From contig CAYHCZ010000002.1 of assembly GCA_964355295.1 (NCBI GenBank), positions 1 through 52,311 of the forward strand: a DNA stretch of 52,311 bases, given 5' to 3'. The notes under the pieces are model-generated. The model made no database searches, was not told where the DNA came from, and saw nothing but the letters and a program-made list of their open reading frames with translations. The first letter of the stretch is position 1, and each line of letters opens with the position of its first letter. Of the stretch, positions 1 through 8,471 are shown in pieces. A program made the position numbers and the translations under genes. The DNA is from an uncultured Methanomicrobia archaeon (GTDB lineage Archaea; Halobacteriota; Bog-38; Methanoflorentales; Methanoflorentaceae).

Positions 1-634
1 GTACCGTGCCCTTGCGCACGAGAAACACGTTCTCGCCGCTCCCTTCTGAGACGAATCCGTCTTTAGTGAGCAGTATTGCCTCGTCGTACCCGTCTTGGAC
101 AGCCTCGACTTTTGCGAGGACGCTGTTGACGTATGCTCCGGCGAACTTGCCCGTCGGTGGGAGCGCATTATCTGAAACACGAGCCCACGAACTCACGCAC
201 ACTTTAAGGCCAGCGCCATTGTCGCTTGAACTCGCGTCGGAGTCGGCGAAGTAATTGCCCATCGGTTCGATATAGATCGCATAATCGTTTGCTCTACCGT
301 ATGGATACAGGCCAACGGTACCCGCCCCCCAGTAGATAATGGGTCGTATATACACGTCCTCTTTACGCCCGTTTTCGCGCACGACGTCAACGACAGCATC
401 CGCGAACTCCTGCTGTGTCAGCGGCACCGTGAGCCTGAGCACGCGCATGTTGCGATACAGCCGCTCGACATGCTCGGTCAGTCGAACAATGAAGCTTTGA
501 CCCTTTTCATCGTTATAATAGGCCCTTATGCCCTCAAACACGGCTGTACCATAATGGAGGGCGTGCGTGGAAATGTGTACTGTAGCGTCGCTCCACGCAA
601 TGTACTCCCCATTCATCAGAACTTTACGACTCAT
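1..634 (-). CDS. ilvE: branched-chain amino acid aminotransferase (class IV PLP enzyme), N-terminal ~211 codons; the gene runs off the left edge
   Basis: Hand translation of the minus strand from the ATG at 634 gives MSRKVLMNGEYIAWSDATVHISTHALHYGTAVFEGIRAYY...IRPIIYWGAG...GKFAGAYVNSVLAKVEAVQDGYDEAILLTKDGFVSEGSGENVF. The frame stays open to base 1. It is absent from the ORF track because there is no stop in the window. Confidence 0.8.
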   Translation of the reverse strand, partial: MSRKVLMNGEYIAWSDATVHISTHALHYGTAVFEGIRAYYNDEKGQSFIVRLTEHVERLYRNMRVLRLTVPLTQQEFADAVVDVVRENGRKEDVYIRPIIYWGAGTVGLYPYGRANDYAIYIEPMGNYFADSDASSSDNGAGLKVCVSSWARVSDNALPPTGKFAGAYVNSVLAKVEAVQDGYDEAILLTKDGFVSEGSGENVFLVRKGTV

Positions 635-774
635 CCAAGACCTCTTCGTCAGCTCACAATCCCTGTTATTCGGTAAAGTGTGTTTTTCAATGCGCAACTA
701 CCCATTTAAACCTTTTTTTCTCATGATACGTTATAAGATGAGTTATATACCTGCCACCGCAACTTCTAGTCCAC

Positions 775-848
775 GGGCCTGTAGTATAGTCTGGATAGCA
801 CAGCGGCCTCCGGAGCCTCAAACCCGGGTTCAAATCCCGGCAGGCCCG
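775..848 (+). tRNA. tRNA-Arg, anticodon CCG, no encoded CCA
   Basis: Cloverleaf read by hand. Acceptor GGGCCTG/CAGGCCC. T arm CCGGG-TTCAAAT-CCCGG. Anticodon arm GCGGC-CTCCGGA-GCCTC, with loop CT-CCG-GA. There is one C:T mismatch in the anticodon stem and one A:C mismatch in the D stem. Confidence 0.8.
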
Positions 849-957
849 CTCTTTTTCGTCGTCTCTGTAAGGCGTCGTCCGAGCGCAGCTCTATTCCGAT
901 TAACGTAACCGCAGCAGCAGGTCGAGCAGGTGCTTTGCACCTTTTTCGAGCCGTTTC

Positions 958-1635
958 CTACCTGGAAACTTCGATAACGCGGCGAGTTACTTCGTGTCGC
1001 ACCAAGTTAAATGGAAAGTTACAAAAGGGGAACAGTCGTATTTCGATCACGTCGCCAGTAGTCAGATCAACGACAAACGGGAAGTCAGCACAGACCATCG
1101 GTCGATCGTCATAGACGTGGCATCGATCATCTTGGCCAAGAAACTCACATGTCTTGTTTTTTTTAAGGGCGTGCGTATAGCGATGGTCACGGGCATCGGT
1201 AAACGGCTTGCAATACCGTCCAACAAACTCCACGGATGACAGTTTAAATCGCGCACTCAAGCGGTCCACATCATCAGACGTCAACCGAACGATATCGAAA
1301 TAGCAGCAGCCCGGAACTGTACAGTCAGCGCACAAACGTGTTGAAGCATCGTCTGCGCGAAGATCGACTTTTGACAAGCGCTCGGGTGATAATCCGAAGT
1401 GCCATCCCCCTTTGCGTTCACTGATAACTTCGTCAACGATGCGAGTTATGCGTTCTATTGCGCTTTTATCCGGCGCAAGAAGCCCTTTGTACACCTTCGC
1501 AGCCAGGGTACGTCGTAGCGCTTCCTCTCGTCCCACCTCAAAAAGGCGCCCGTAAGAATCGCCGGACGCCCGCTGAGCGGCACGTTCTTTGACCCTGCGA
1601 CCTGCTTCACCTTTTCTGCGCCGTTTGGAGACCAC
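958..1635 (-). CDS. YkgJ/UPF0153-type cysteine-cluster (putative Fe-S/Zn) protein with a basic N-terminal tail
   Basis: 225-aa ORF containing CADCTVPGCCY, then CEFLGQDDRCHVYDDRPMVCADFPF. This is the typical CxxCxxCC-family pattern. Confidence 0.7.
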   Translation of the reverse strand: MVSKRRRKGEAGRRVKERAAQRASGDSYGRLFEVGREEALRRTLAAKVYKGLLAPDKSAIERITRIVDEVISERKGGWHFGLSPERLSKVDLRADDASTRLCADCTVPGCCYFDIVRLTSDDVDRLSARFKLSSVEFVGRYCKPFTDARDHRYTHALKKNKTCEFLGQDDRCHVYDDRPMVCADFPFVVDLTTGDVIEIRLFPFCNFPFNLVRHEVTRRVIEVSR

Positions 1636-2010
1636 TCGTTCATCGCTCCACTAACGTCTTATGTACGAGTCTTGCACCACTCCCTTATAGAACTTCCCTC
1701 ACGTCAGATGAGAATAATGCCGCCACGCGCTGAGCGGCGTTCTTCGCGTAATGTGAGCTCGATTACATCGTAAGCTGAGCTTTGTCCAGCACAAGAGACG
1801 ATAATGATTGTTGGTTAAGTCAAGATACGCCAAGAGGCATTCTGGCTGATAAAAGAGTTTACTACTTAGCGTTGGCGAGCCTCCCGGCAGCTTATGTCCT
1901 CGCGTGCGACTACCTACGATTCCATTTTTCTAAAGCAAATATAAGTAACAGGTTTGACTTTTGCTTTTTCGCAAGCTTTAAGTCTAACAAACAGGGATCT
2001 TAGGAAACAA

Positions 2011-3234
2011 ATGAGATTGCTATTCTTATCGCACGAGATTCCTTCTCCTACGGTCTCCGATACCCGGCCTCTGTATCACGAAATTCGTCATTTGTCAGTT
2101 CAGTATGGACATGACATAACTCTTATTTCGTTTGCGTCTGACCGCTCGAGAGCGGAGGACTTCGAGTTTTTGAAGAGCATTTGTTCTTTCGAGGATCCAA
2201 TCAGTATTGAATCTAGCCCGCTTAAGAAGCTTCTTCTTAAAAAAGTCAAAAATAGCGTGCTAAACCTGCCAAAGAACATAAAACACGGTTTGCTCGTGAA
2301 TGAACTTGATTATTTCTACGATTACCGGATGGACCGGAAAATAAAAGAGGCCAGTGAGAAGAAAAATTTCGACTTGATCATTTCGACGAGACAAATGGCA
2401 AACTACGTTGTTGACGTCAATGTCCCAAAGATTGTGTGGCCTTTTGACGCCATGCACGAAGCGCGCAGGCAAGTTTTTATGAATTCTGGGGGATTAGAGA
2501 AGATTGTTTATGGTCTTCGATACATGTTGAACCGATCGTATGAAAAGCGAATTTATGAGAAGTTTGACGCGTGTTTGGTTGTGACTGAGTTAGATAAAGA
2601 GCTTCTTCAGTCTTTAAATCCGCTGATACGATGTGTGGTTATTCCTCTTGGTGTGGACATTAATTACTTTAGCCCTGTTTATACAGAGGAGTGGCAGTCG
2701 TGTTTGATATTATTATCGGCCCTGCAGTATCCTGTTCACGTCGCTAGTGTTGTTTACTTCTACAAAGAGGTTTTCCCGTTGATTCTTAGGGAGAGTCCGA
2801 ACTTGAAGCTCTACATTGTCGGGCGCGACCCTGTTAAGGAGATAGTGGACCTGTCGGCTGATCCTTTAGTACGTGTCACGGGATACGTCAATGATGTGAG
2901 ACCTTATGTGGCAAAGTCAACCGTTTTTATCGCGCCTATAATTTTTGGAACTGGAATGAAGACTAAAGTGCTAGAAGCTATGTCTATGGGGAAAGCCGTA
3001 GTCACAACCACTATTGGGGCTCAGGGAATCGCATTTCGAAACCGGGTGCATCTCGTGGTTGCTGATAGCCCCCGCAAATTCGCGAAAGAGACAGTATCCC
3101 TTTTGGCAGATCGAGGTATGAGGACAACTCTTGGAGCTAATGCTAGAAACCTTATCGAAGAAGAGTATTCGTGGGAAACGGTAACGAAAGTGCTAAATGA
3201 GTTAATTATCAATATCTTGTCCGAGCGAGGGTAA
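2011..3234 (+). CDS. glycosyltransferase family 4 (GT-B, group 1)
   Basis: C-terminal GT4 signature: KLYIVGRDP...VFIAPIIFGTGMKTKVLEAMSMGKAVVTTTIGAQGI. The ATG at 2011 (MRLLFLSHEIP) is preferred over the TTG at 1954. Confidence 0.85.
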   Translation: MRLLFLSHEIPSPTVSDTRPLYHEIRHLSVQYGHDITLISFASDRSRAEDFEFLKSICSFEDPISIESSPLKKLLLKKVKNSVLNLPKNIKHGLLVNELDYFYDYRMDRKIKEASEKKNFDLIISTRQMANYVVDVNVPKIVWPFDAMHEARRQVFMNSGGLEKIVYGLRYMLNRSYEKRIYEKFDACLVVTELDKELLQSLNPLIRCVVIPLGVDINYFSPVYTEEWQSCLILLSALQYPVHVASVVYFYKEVFPLILRESPNLKLYIVGRDPVKEIVDLSADPLVRVTGYVNDVRPYVAKSTVFIAPIIFGTGMKTKVLEAMSMGKAVVTTTIGAQGIAFRNRVHLVVADSPRKFAKETVSLLADRGMRTTLGANARNLIEEEYSWETVTKVLNELIINILSERG

Positions 3235-3312
3235 TTGCGACCCATCCGATTGGCGCTTTGGGAATATCCAGGAACCATATCTCGTACAAGCAAAACCAGT
3301 GTGAACTACAAT

Positions 3313-3361
3313 ATGCAAATATTCAGTGTCGTTAAACTAAAACACTGAATTATTTTTGCAT
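3313..3361 (+). terminator. imperfect hairpin downstream of the GT4 gene
   Basis: ATGCAAATATTCAGTGT - 12-nt loop - ACACTGAATTATTTTTGCAT, with a T-rich 3' arm, about 80 nt after the stop at 3234. Confidence 0.25.
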
Positions 3362-3661
3362 CGTAGTCGAAGGTCACGAAGCCCTCCTGTAAAATTACTC
3401 TGATCTTGTTGTCAGCTGACTCGAAATCCTGCCATTGTTGTGCAGCTCGAACTGCAGAGGGTAATATCATTGAAAGACGTTAACTCTGTTAGGGCTTTTT
3501 TGTGATTAGCGAAAGTGTGCTAAATAAGGTGGCTGTAAGGTGGCGCTTGAACAACTCGCACAAATTTAAAAAAAAAGTCGTCGACGAAAAGACGTACAGC
3601 GGTTCTTATACATAGAACACAATGCCTATACTAGCATCGATATCAATATGGGAGGGTATCG

Positions 3662-4843
3662 TTGGGAAAACGTGATGCAGCGAAGCGGATTTCCGCCAAA
3701 AAGAAACCGAATGTTGGTATAATCACATACGTCGCCATAGAAAGGGCAGCAGATGTCCCCCTTGACAATCTCACTGCACTTATCGGCCCTTTCACGAATA
3801 AGTTGGTTCTCATTACAGGGAGCGAGTACGATAACAATAACCACCAAGTAGAGATTATTCGGACAACGCTCAAACGACGAACATTGTTGATATCGAAAAT
3901 AATTGAGCAAACGTTAACTCATGTGCGCATTCTGTCAAAACTGCGAAACGCGATTGACATTCTAATCTTCTTCAACGCGTCGGGACTTACATTGCCCCTC
4001 ATTTTTGCTCGAGTTTTTAAGATGAAATGCTTAATTGTATTGACGAACTTGGGAGCCGCATCCGCAAGCAAAGCGATTAGGGCGAGCGGAGTTCGAGGGC
4101 AATTTAGCGAACTTGTGAGGCTCCGCATCGTGGAAATGTTTGAGCGGTTCAGTTACTTTCTTGCTGATGAGCTTATCGTCTATAGTCCGTCCATTATGGA
4201 GGATGCTAAGCTACTCAAATATAGGACGAAGATTGTTGTGGCCCACAGACACTTCGTTGACTTCGATGTGTTTAGGTCGAAAAATAATATCACACACAGA
4301 GACAACGTCGTCGGCTACGCTGGCCGATTAACAGAAGAAAAAGGCATATTGAATCTTGTAAAAGCAATACCGCAGATTCTGAGCGAACGGAACGACGTTC
4401 AGTTTCTTATCTTAGGAGAGGGACATTTAGAGGATAAGATCCACAGCTTTGTAGACACGTACGCCCTTCAGGGCAACGTAACGCTTACAGGATGGGTTCC
4501 GCACGAAGAACTGCCCGAATATTTGACCCATATGAAGCTCCTGGTTCTTCCTTCGTACGGTGAAGGGCTTCCAAACATTATGCTCGAAGCAATGGCGTGC
4601 GGGACGCCCGTACTTGCTTCTCGAGTCGGCGCGATTAAGGACGTAATTGAAGATGGTAAAAATGGGTTCATTTTAGCTAACAATGCACCTCGACATATTG
4701 CACAAGATGTTATTCGAGCCATCTCAGCCCCAAATCTTGCGCAAATAAGCAAATATGCCCTTACTTGTGTCCGAAAAGAGTTCACTTACGCAAAAGCATC
4801 AGAAGCGTGGAGCGAGATCATCTATCGAGAAAGACGCGAATAG
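3662..4843 (+). CDS. glycosyltransferase family 4 (GT-B, group 1)
   Basis: GYAGRLTEEKGILNLVKAIP...LLVLPSYGEGLPNIMLEAMACGTPVLASRVGAIKDVIEDGKNGF (E-x7-E region). TTG start preceded by GGAGG. Confidence 0.85.
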   Translation: MGKRDAAKRISAKKKPNVGIITYVAIERAADVPLDNLTALIGPFTNKLVLITGSEYDNNNHQVEIIRTTLKRRTLLISKIIEQTLTHVRILSKLRNAIDILIFFNASGLTLPLIFARVFKMKCLIVLTNLGAASASKAIRASGVRGQFSELVRLRIVEMFERFSYFLADELIVYSPSIMEDAKLLKYRTKIVVAHRHFVDFDVFRSKNNITHRDNVVGYAGRLTEEKGILNLVKAIPQILSERNDVQFLILGEGHLEDKIHSFVDTYALQGNVTLTGWVPHEELPEYLTHMKLLVLPSYGEGLPNIMLEAMACGTPVLASRVGAIKDVIEDGKNGFILANNAPRHIAQDVIRAISAPNLAQISKYALTCVRKEFTYAKASEAWSEIIYRERRE

Positions 4844-4932
4844 TTTTTAATTAAAATCGAGGAGCGAGCCTATGGTGAGGCTGGTCGTCCAAGACCGATA
4901 AACTCGTTTCAACTAACGAAGATATCCAGCAG

Positions 4933-5296
4933 CAATAGTCTATCACTCTTAATCATTACACCGGCAGGGAGCCGACCTATCTTAGTCTTTTCAGGGACAA
5001 AAGCGTGGCGGAAATCAGCAATCCCCACACAAGATGCGGGATGCCGATGTTTGTAGGTAACATGCACGATCAGGTCCGAGAATTACTTCGCCGGTACCTT
5101 CTTTAGCCGTCTCGGATTATAATTATCTGTTTCTGGAGGGGGGCAAAAACCACATCACTCCCTCAAACGTGATATAGATGTTTGCCCGAACCTCGTTAAA
5201 GGTGGTTCTATAGTAGAGGCCCTTAAATGCGCAGTATGAGATTTCTAACGACGTCAATCCAAAGATGATTTTCCCTGTACGGCACATTGCTGTTAT
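4933..5296. repeat. copy 1 of a ~360-bp dispersed repeat (partner at 24913-25285)
   Basis: Collinear hand alignment, same orientation, roughly three quarters identical. Shared blocks include caatagtYtRtca, gtcttttcagggaSaaaagc, ggaaatcagMaatccc, aaacgtgatataRatgtttgcccgaac, and gatgattYtccctgtacgg. Confidence 0.75.
5245..5296 (-). pseudogene. C-terminal remnant of a DUF1616 paralogue, inside repeat copy 1
   Basis: The minus strand reads LYLDNSNVPYRENHLWIDVV. The intact gene's C-terminus at 25226 reads LYVDNRSIPYRENHLWVSVTR. Confidence 0.55.
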
Positions 5297-5396
5297 CTAA
5301 ATAAAGGATATTAAATCTCGTAAAGGCAATGCATAGATTCTGGGCGCACGGAACGACGTTCTGTTTCTTATCTTAGCGAGGGCCGTTTAGAGGATG
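5297..5396 (+). pseudogene. ~100-bp fragment of a GT4 gene, paralogous to 4337-4436
   Basis: attctgggcgcacggaacgacgttctgtttcttatcttagcgagggccgtttagaggat aligns with attctgagcgaacggaacgacgttcagtttcttatcttaggagagggacatttagaggat. Identity is about 85% with a 1-nt deletion. Confidence 0.7.
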
Positions 5397-5632
5397 TCAC
5401 CCGTTAAAACAACCCACAAACGGTCGAGACGATAGGAAAGTGGTTTGCCAACGCAAACCTCGTGCAAGTTGCTTTTTAAATATAGATATGCGGTATCGTT
5501 GGGCTCTAACTATAAGTTTAATATTATTTAGAGAGACACGTTGCCGTAGATTCGTCTTTGCTGCAGCGCTTAGCCTTAGAGCTATTTTTGTAATTTTTTT
5601 GCTTTTCAATTCTTAATGTTGCTATGCTCTTG

Positions 5633-7507
5633 CTAACTCGACAAACAACTATTTTTCGCTTTAAAATAGGTATCATACCACAATTCTAGTGCGAAGAGTG
5701 TCCAAACGATTGTGTTATTACGCGTTGGAGCTCGTTCAAATCCTTCGATAAGAGTTTTTAATTTCTCAGGCCAGAGAATTGCGTGCAGTAAAGAGCCGTT
5801 GGCAATTTTCTCTAATACAAAGTCTTTGAGCTCACCAGCCAACCAAGCCTCAACAGGGGTCGCAAAGTACTGTTTCTTTCTGTTTGTGATTGAAATAGGA
5901 AGCAGGTCGTCTACGGCTTTTCGTAAAACATATTTTCTTTGTCCTTTGTTAAGCTTGAGCCGTGGTGGGATGGAAAAAGCATATTCGATAACATATCTAT
6001 CAAGCAAAGGACACCGCTCCTCTAAAGCGTGCGACATAGTTGCCTTATCCACTTTCATAAGATAGTCCTCTGGTAAAAGATTCTTACAATCATATGCCAG
6101 CATTTCATTTAATGGGTCGACCATCACTGGGTGGCTAAAAGCGGATCCCTTAAGTTGATCGCAGGTTAAGGAGGTTAAATACCTAATTTCACCGTCACTT
6201 ATGTATCGTACCATTTGAAAATAAGCGTCGTCAAATGTCTTTTCTGTGAGCGCATTTGCACGCTTGTACGCCGTTCCTATCTTGGGGTATCGTTTTAAGT
6301 ATCTCTTCTCTTTGAATGGAAAGAGCGTTACTAAGGGCTTCATTATCCCCCCTCGTATAATCCTAGGAAGTTGATAATATAGCGCAAGCTTACGTGCAGT
6401 TGTATGTAGATCATAGCCGCCAAATAGCTCATCGCCACCTTCACCTGCAATGACGACTTCCACATGTTTTCGTGCTTCTTTGGCGAGAAGAAAGATGTTG
6501 ATAATGGCGGCATCGCCCAACGGCTCATCGTAATGCCAAGCAATTCGGTCAATATTGCGCAAAACTAACTCATCAGTAATAATGAGGTCGTGTTGAGTTG
6601 TCCCCAGATGTTCGCTAACAAGGTTTGCGTAATCCAATTCTGAAAATGTCTCAAACCCTATTGAGAATGTATGAAATTCATCTTGAGGACGAGCTCGTCT
6701 TGCTAAAGCAACGACCGACGATGAGTCTATTCCTCCTGATAGAAACGCCCCTATAGGAACATCTGCAATCATCCTCAAATCCGTTGCTTCTTCCAACAAA
6801 CTGCGGAGCTTTGCTGTTGCTTCCCCAATGCCCGCATTAGTGCAACGCTCCAGTAAATCCCAATACTTGTGTGCTTCTAGTCCTTCTTTATCACAAACTA
6901 GCATGTACCCTGGGGGCACTTTTTTAATATTTTTAAACAGTGTCTGCGCTCCGAGTGAATACTGGAACGCCAAATACGCGCAAACAGCTGCCAAATCAAC
7001 CCCCGTTTCAACCCCCGATTTAAGAATGGCCTTAATTTCAGACGCGAATGTTAAGCCGTCTTGGCCGAAGCAGTAGTACAAGGGCTTTTTTCCGATGTGA
7101 TCTCGAGCAAGTATCAGACGAGGTACTCTTCCGTCATACAGGGCGAAAGCGAACATTCCTCTCAATTTCTGCACAAATTCAATGCCATACTCTTCGTAAG
7201 CGTGGATGATAACCTCACTGTCGGAATCAGAGTGAAAGTCGTGCCCTTTTTCTTCCAAATCGTGTTTCAAGGTTTGAAAATTATATATTTCTCCATTTAC
7301 AGAGAGCCATACATCGCCATCCTCATTAGACATTGGCTGTCTTCCCTTTGAGGACAGATCTATAATGCTTAAGCGACAATGTCCTAACGATATGTTTGAA
7401 TCTGTATAGATGCCCTCATCATCAGGCCCCCTATGCTTAATGGTCGAGAGCATCTGTCGGACCAACATCTTATCTTCCTTTCCAAAGATGCCGCATATAC
7501 CACACAT
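5633..7507 (-). CDS. asnB: asparagine synthase (glutamine-hydrolysing) family amidotransferase
   Basis: N-terminal MCGICGIF nucleophile, ARDHIGKKPLYY, PP-loop FLSGGIDSS; 624 aa. Confidence 0.9.
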   Translation of the reverse strand: MCGICGIFGKEDKMLVRQMLSTIKHRGPDDEGIYTDSNISLGHCRLSIIDLSSKGRQPMSNEDGDVWLSVNGEIYNFQTLKHDLEEKGHDFHSDSDSEVIIHAYEEYGIEFVQKLRGMFAFALYDGRVPRLILARDHIGKKPLYYCFGQDGLTFASEIKAILKSGVETGVDLAAVCAYLAFQYSLGAQTLFKNIKKVPPGYMLVCDKEGLEAHKYWDLLERCTNAGIGEATAKLRSLLEEATDLRMIADVPIGAFLSGGIDSSSVVALARRARPQDEFHTFSIGFETFSELDYANLVSEHLGTTQHDLIITDELVLRNIDRIAWHYDEPLGDAAIINIFLLAKEARKHVEVVIAGEGGDELFGGYDLHTTARKLALYYQLPRIIRGGIMKPLVTLFPFKEKRYLKRYPKIGTAYKRANALTEKTFDDAYFQMVRYISDGEIRYLTSLTCDQLKGSAFSHPVMVDPLNEMLAYDCKNLLPEDYLMKVDKATMSHALEERCPLLDRYVIEYAFSIPPRLKLNKGQRKYVLRKAVDDLLPISITNRKKQYFATPVEAWLAGELKDFVLEKIANGSLLHAILWPEKLKTLIEGFERAPTRNNTIVWTLFALELWYDTYFKAKNSCLSS

Positions 7508-7535
7508 ACTTAGAGATGATTACTGTCTTTCGTGT

Positions 7536-8230
7536 TCAAAAATCTGTTGAGTCACCTACATTATCTAAGACAATAGTTGCTCTTACGGTAATCATAAGCT
7601 GAGCTGCTGTGTGAAACACATGGTCGATCTCTGTGTACTTGCGCTTCGTTGAAACGTCTATTTTAGCGAGCACGAAGTTGTTACTCTTCATAGCAATCGC
7701 TGCGCGTCCAAAATTTTCCATTGAAAGACGCTGAGAAGGAGCACTAATGATTGCGACGTTTAACGCGGGTCTGAGCAGGGATCTTTGTCTTGACCGCATT
7801 ACAGGCCCCCAAAAATATGTTCTTAGCAATGAACACCGAGAATCAGAAGTGTGGATATGAACATGAGCCTGGTGGGGAGAGCAATGCGACTGAAATAGCG
7901 AGACTGTCCCGTCCTCTTTCCGCTTTAATCACAGCCGACACATAAGCAGGCGATTTTGATATTATTTCTGCAACAGGTGATTTAGTTTTTAGAAGGCATA
8001 TAAAAAAAATAGGTATAACTTTAGCCTATCCCCAGACCATACAAGCGACAGGAGACAGGCTATCACAACCTCTTTGCTAACTAAGTATACACACAATAGC
8101 TTAAAGAGCTCAGAGAAGGCGTGGATTACTGTCGCACTCTTTTTTCTGTCGTCCAAGAATGAGCCAATCCCGCCTACGAGGAAGACTATTTTTTTCTTTT
8201 TTACTACTTAGGGGGTGCGCTCATTAATTC
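7536..8230 (-). pseudogene. possible decayed GT4 glycosyltransferase (C-terminal half)
   Basis: The 97-aa ORF 7536..7829 contains SMENFGRAAIAMKSNNFVLAKIDVSTKRKYTEIDH, resembling a degraded E-x7-E block. Upstream in another frame is VFLVGGIGSFLDDRKKSATVIHAFSEL, resembling the GT4 'vGrl..KG' block. Several stops and frameshifts lie between them. Confidence 0.3.
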
Positions 8231-8427
8231 CGTGATGCCCGCCCTCTCGATTCCCATGATCCAACCAGGGAATCCTTCTATCCAAACTTCTTGCTATTAT
8301 GAAACATGAAGTATCCACAAACCGGGGTCCTTAATAGAATATGGTTTTCGACGCAAGATTTTCAGCAGAACTTTCTACTGAAAGCTTTCCGTGAAACTCT
8401 TAAAAAGTTACAGACAAATATTTTTAA

Positions 8428-8439
8428 AGCCATATGGCT
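8428..8439 (-). terminator. palindrome AGCCATATGGCT flanked by A/T runs, ~30 nt after the rfbH stop
   Basis: Perfect 12-bp palindrome. On the minus strand it is followed by TTTAAAAATATTT. Confidence 0.25.
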
Positions 8440-8471
8440 AAATAAGATGTGTTAGAACGTCCTTAGCAACG

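Noticed and set aside
6-908. Plus- and minus-strand ORFs in the track at 6..254, 193..399, 470..676 and 567..908.
   Set aside because: They overlap the much better supported ilvE reading frame (minus strand, 1-634) or run through the tRNA gene. They have no family features and are shadow ORFs of a GC-richer gene.
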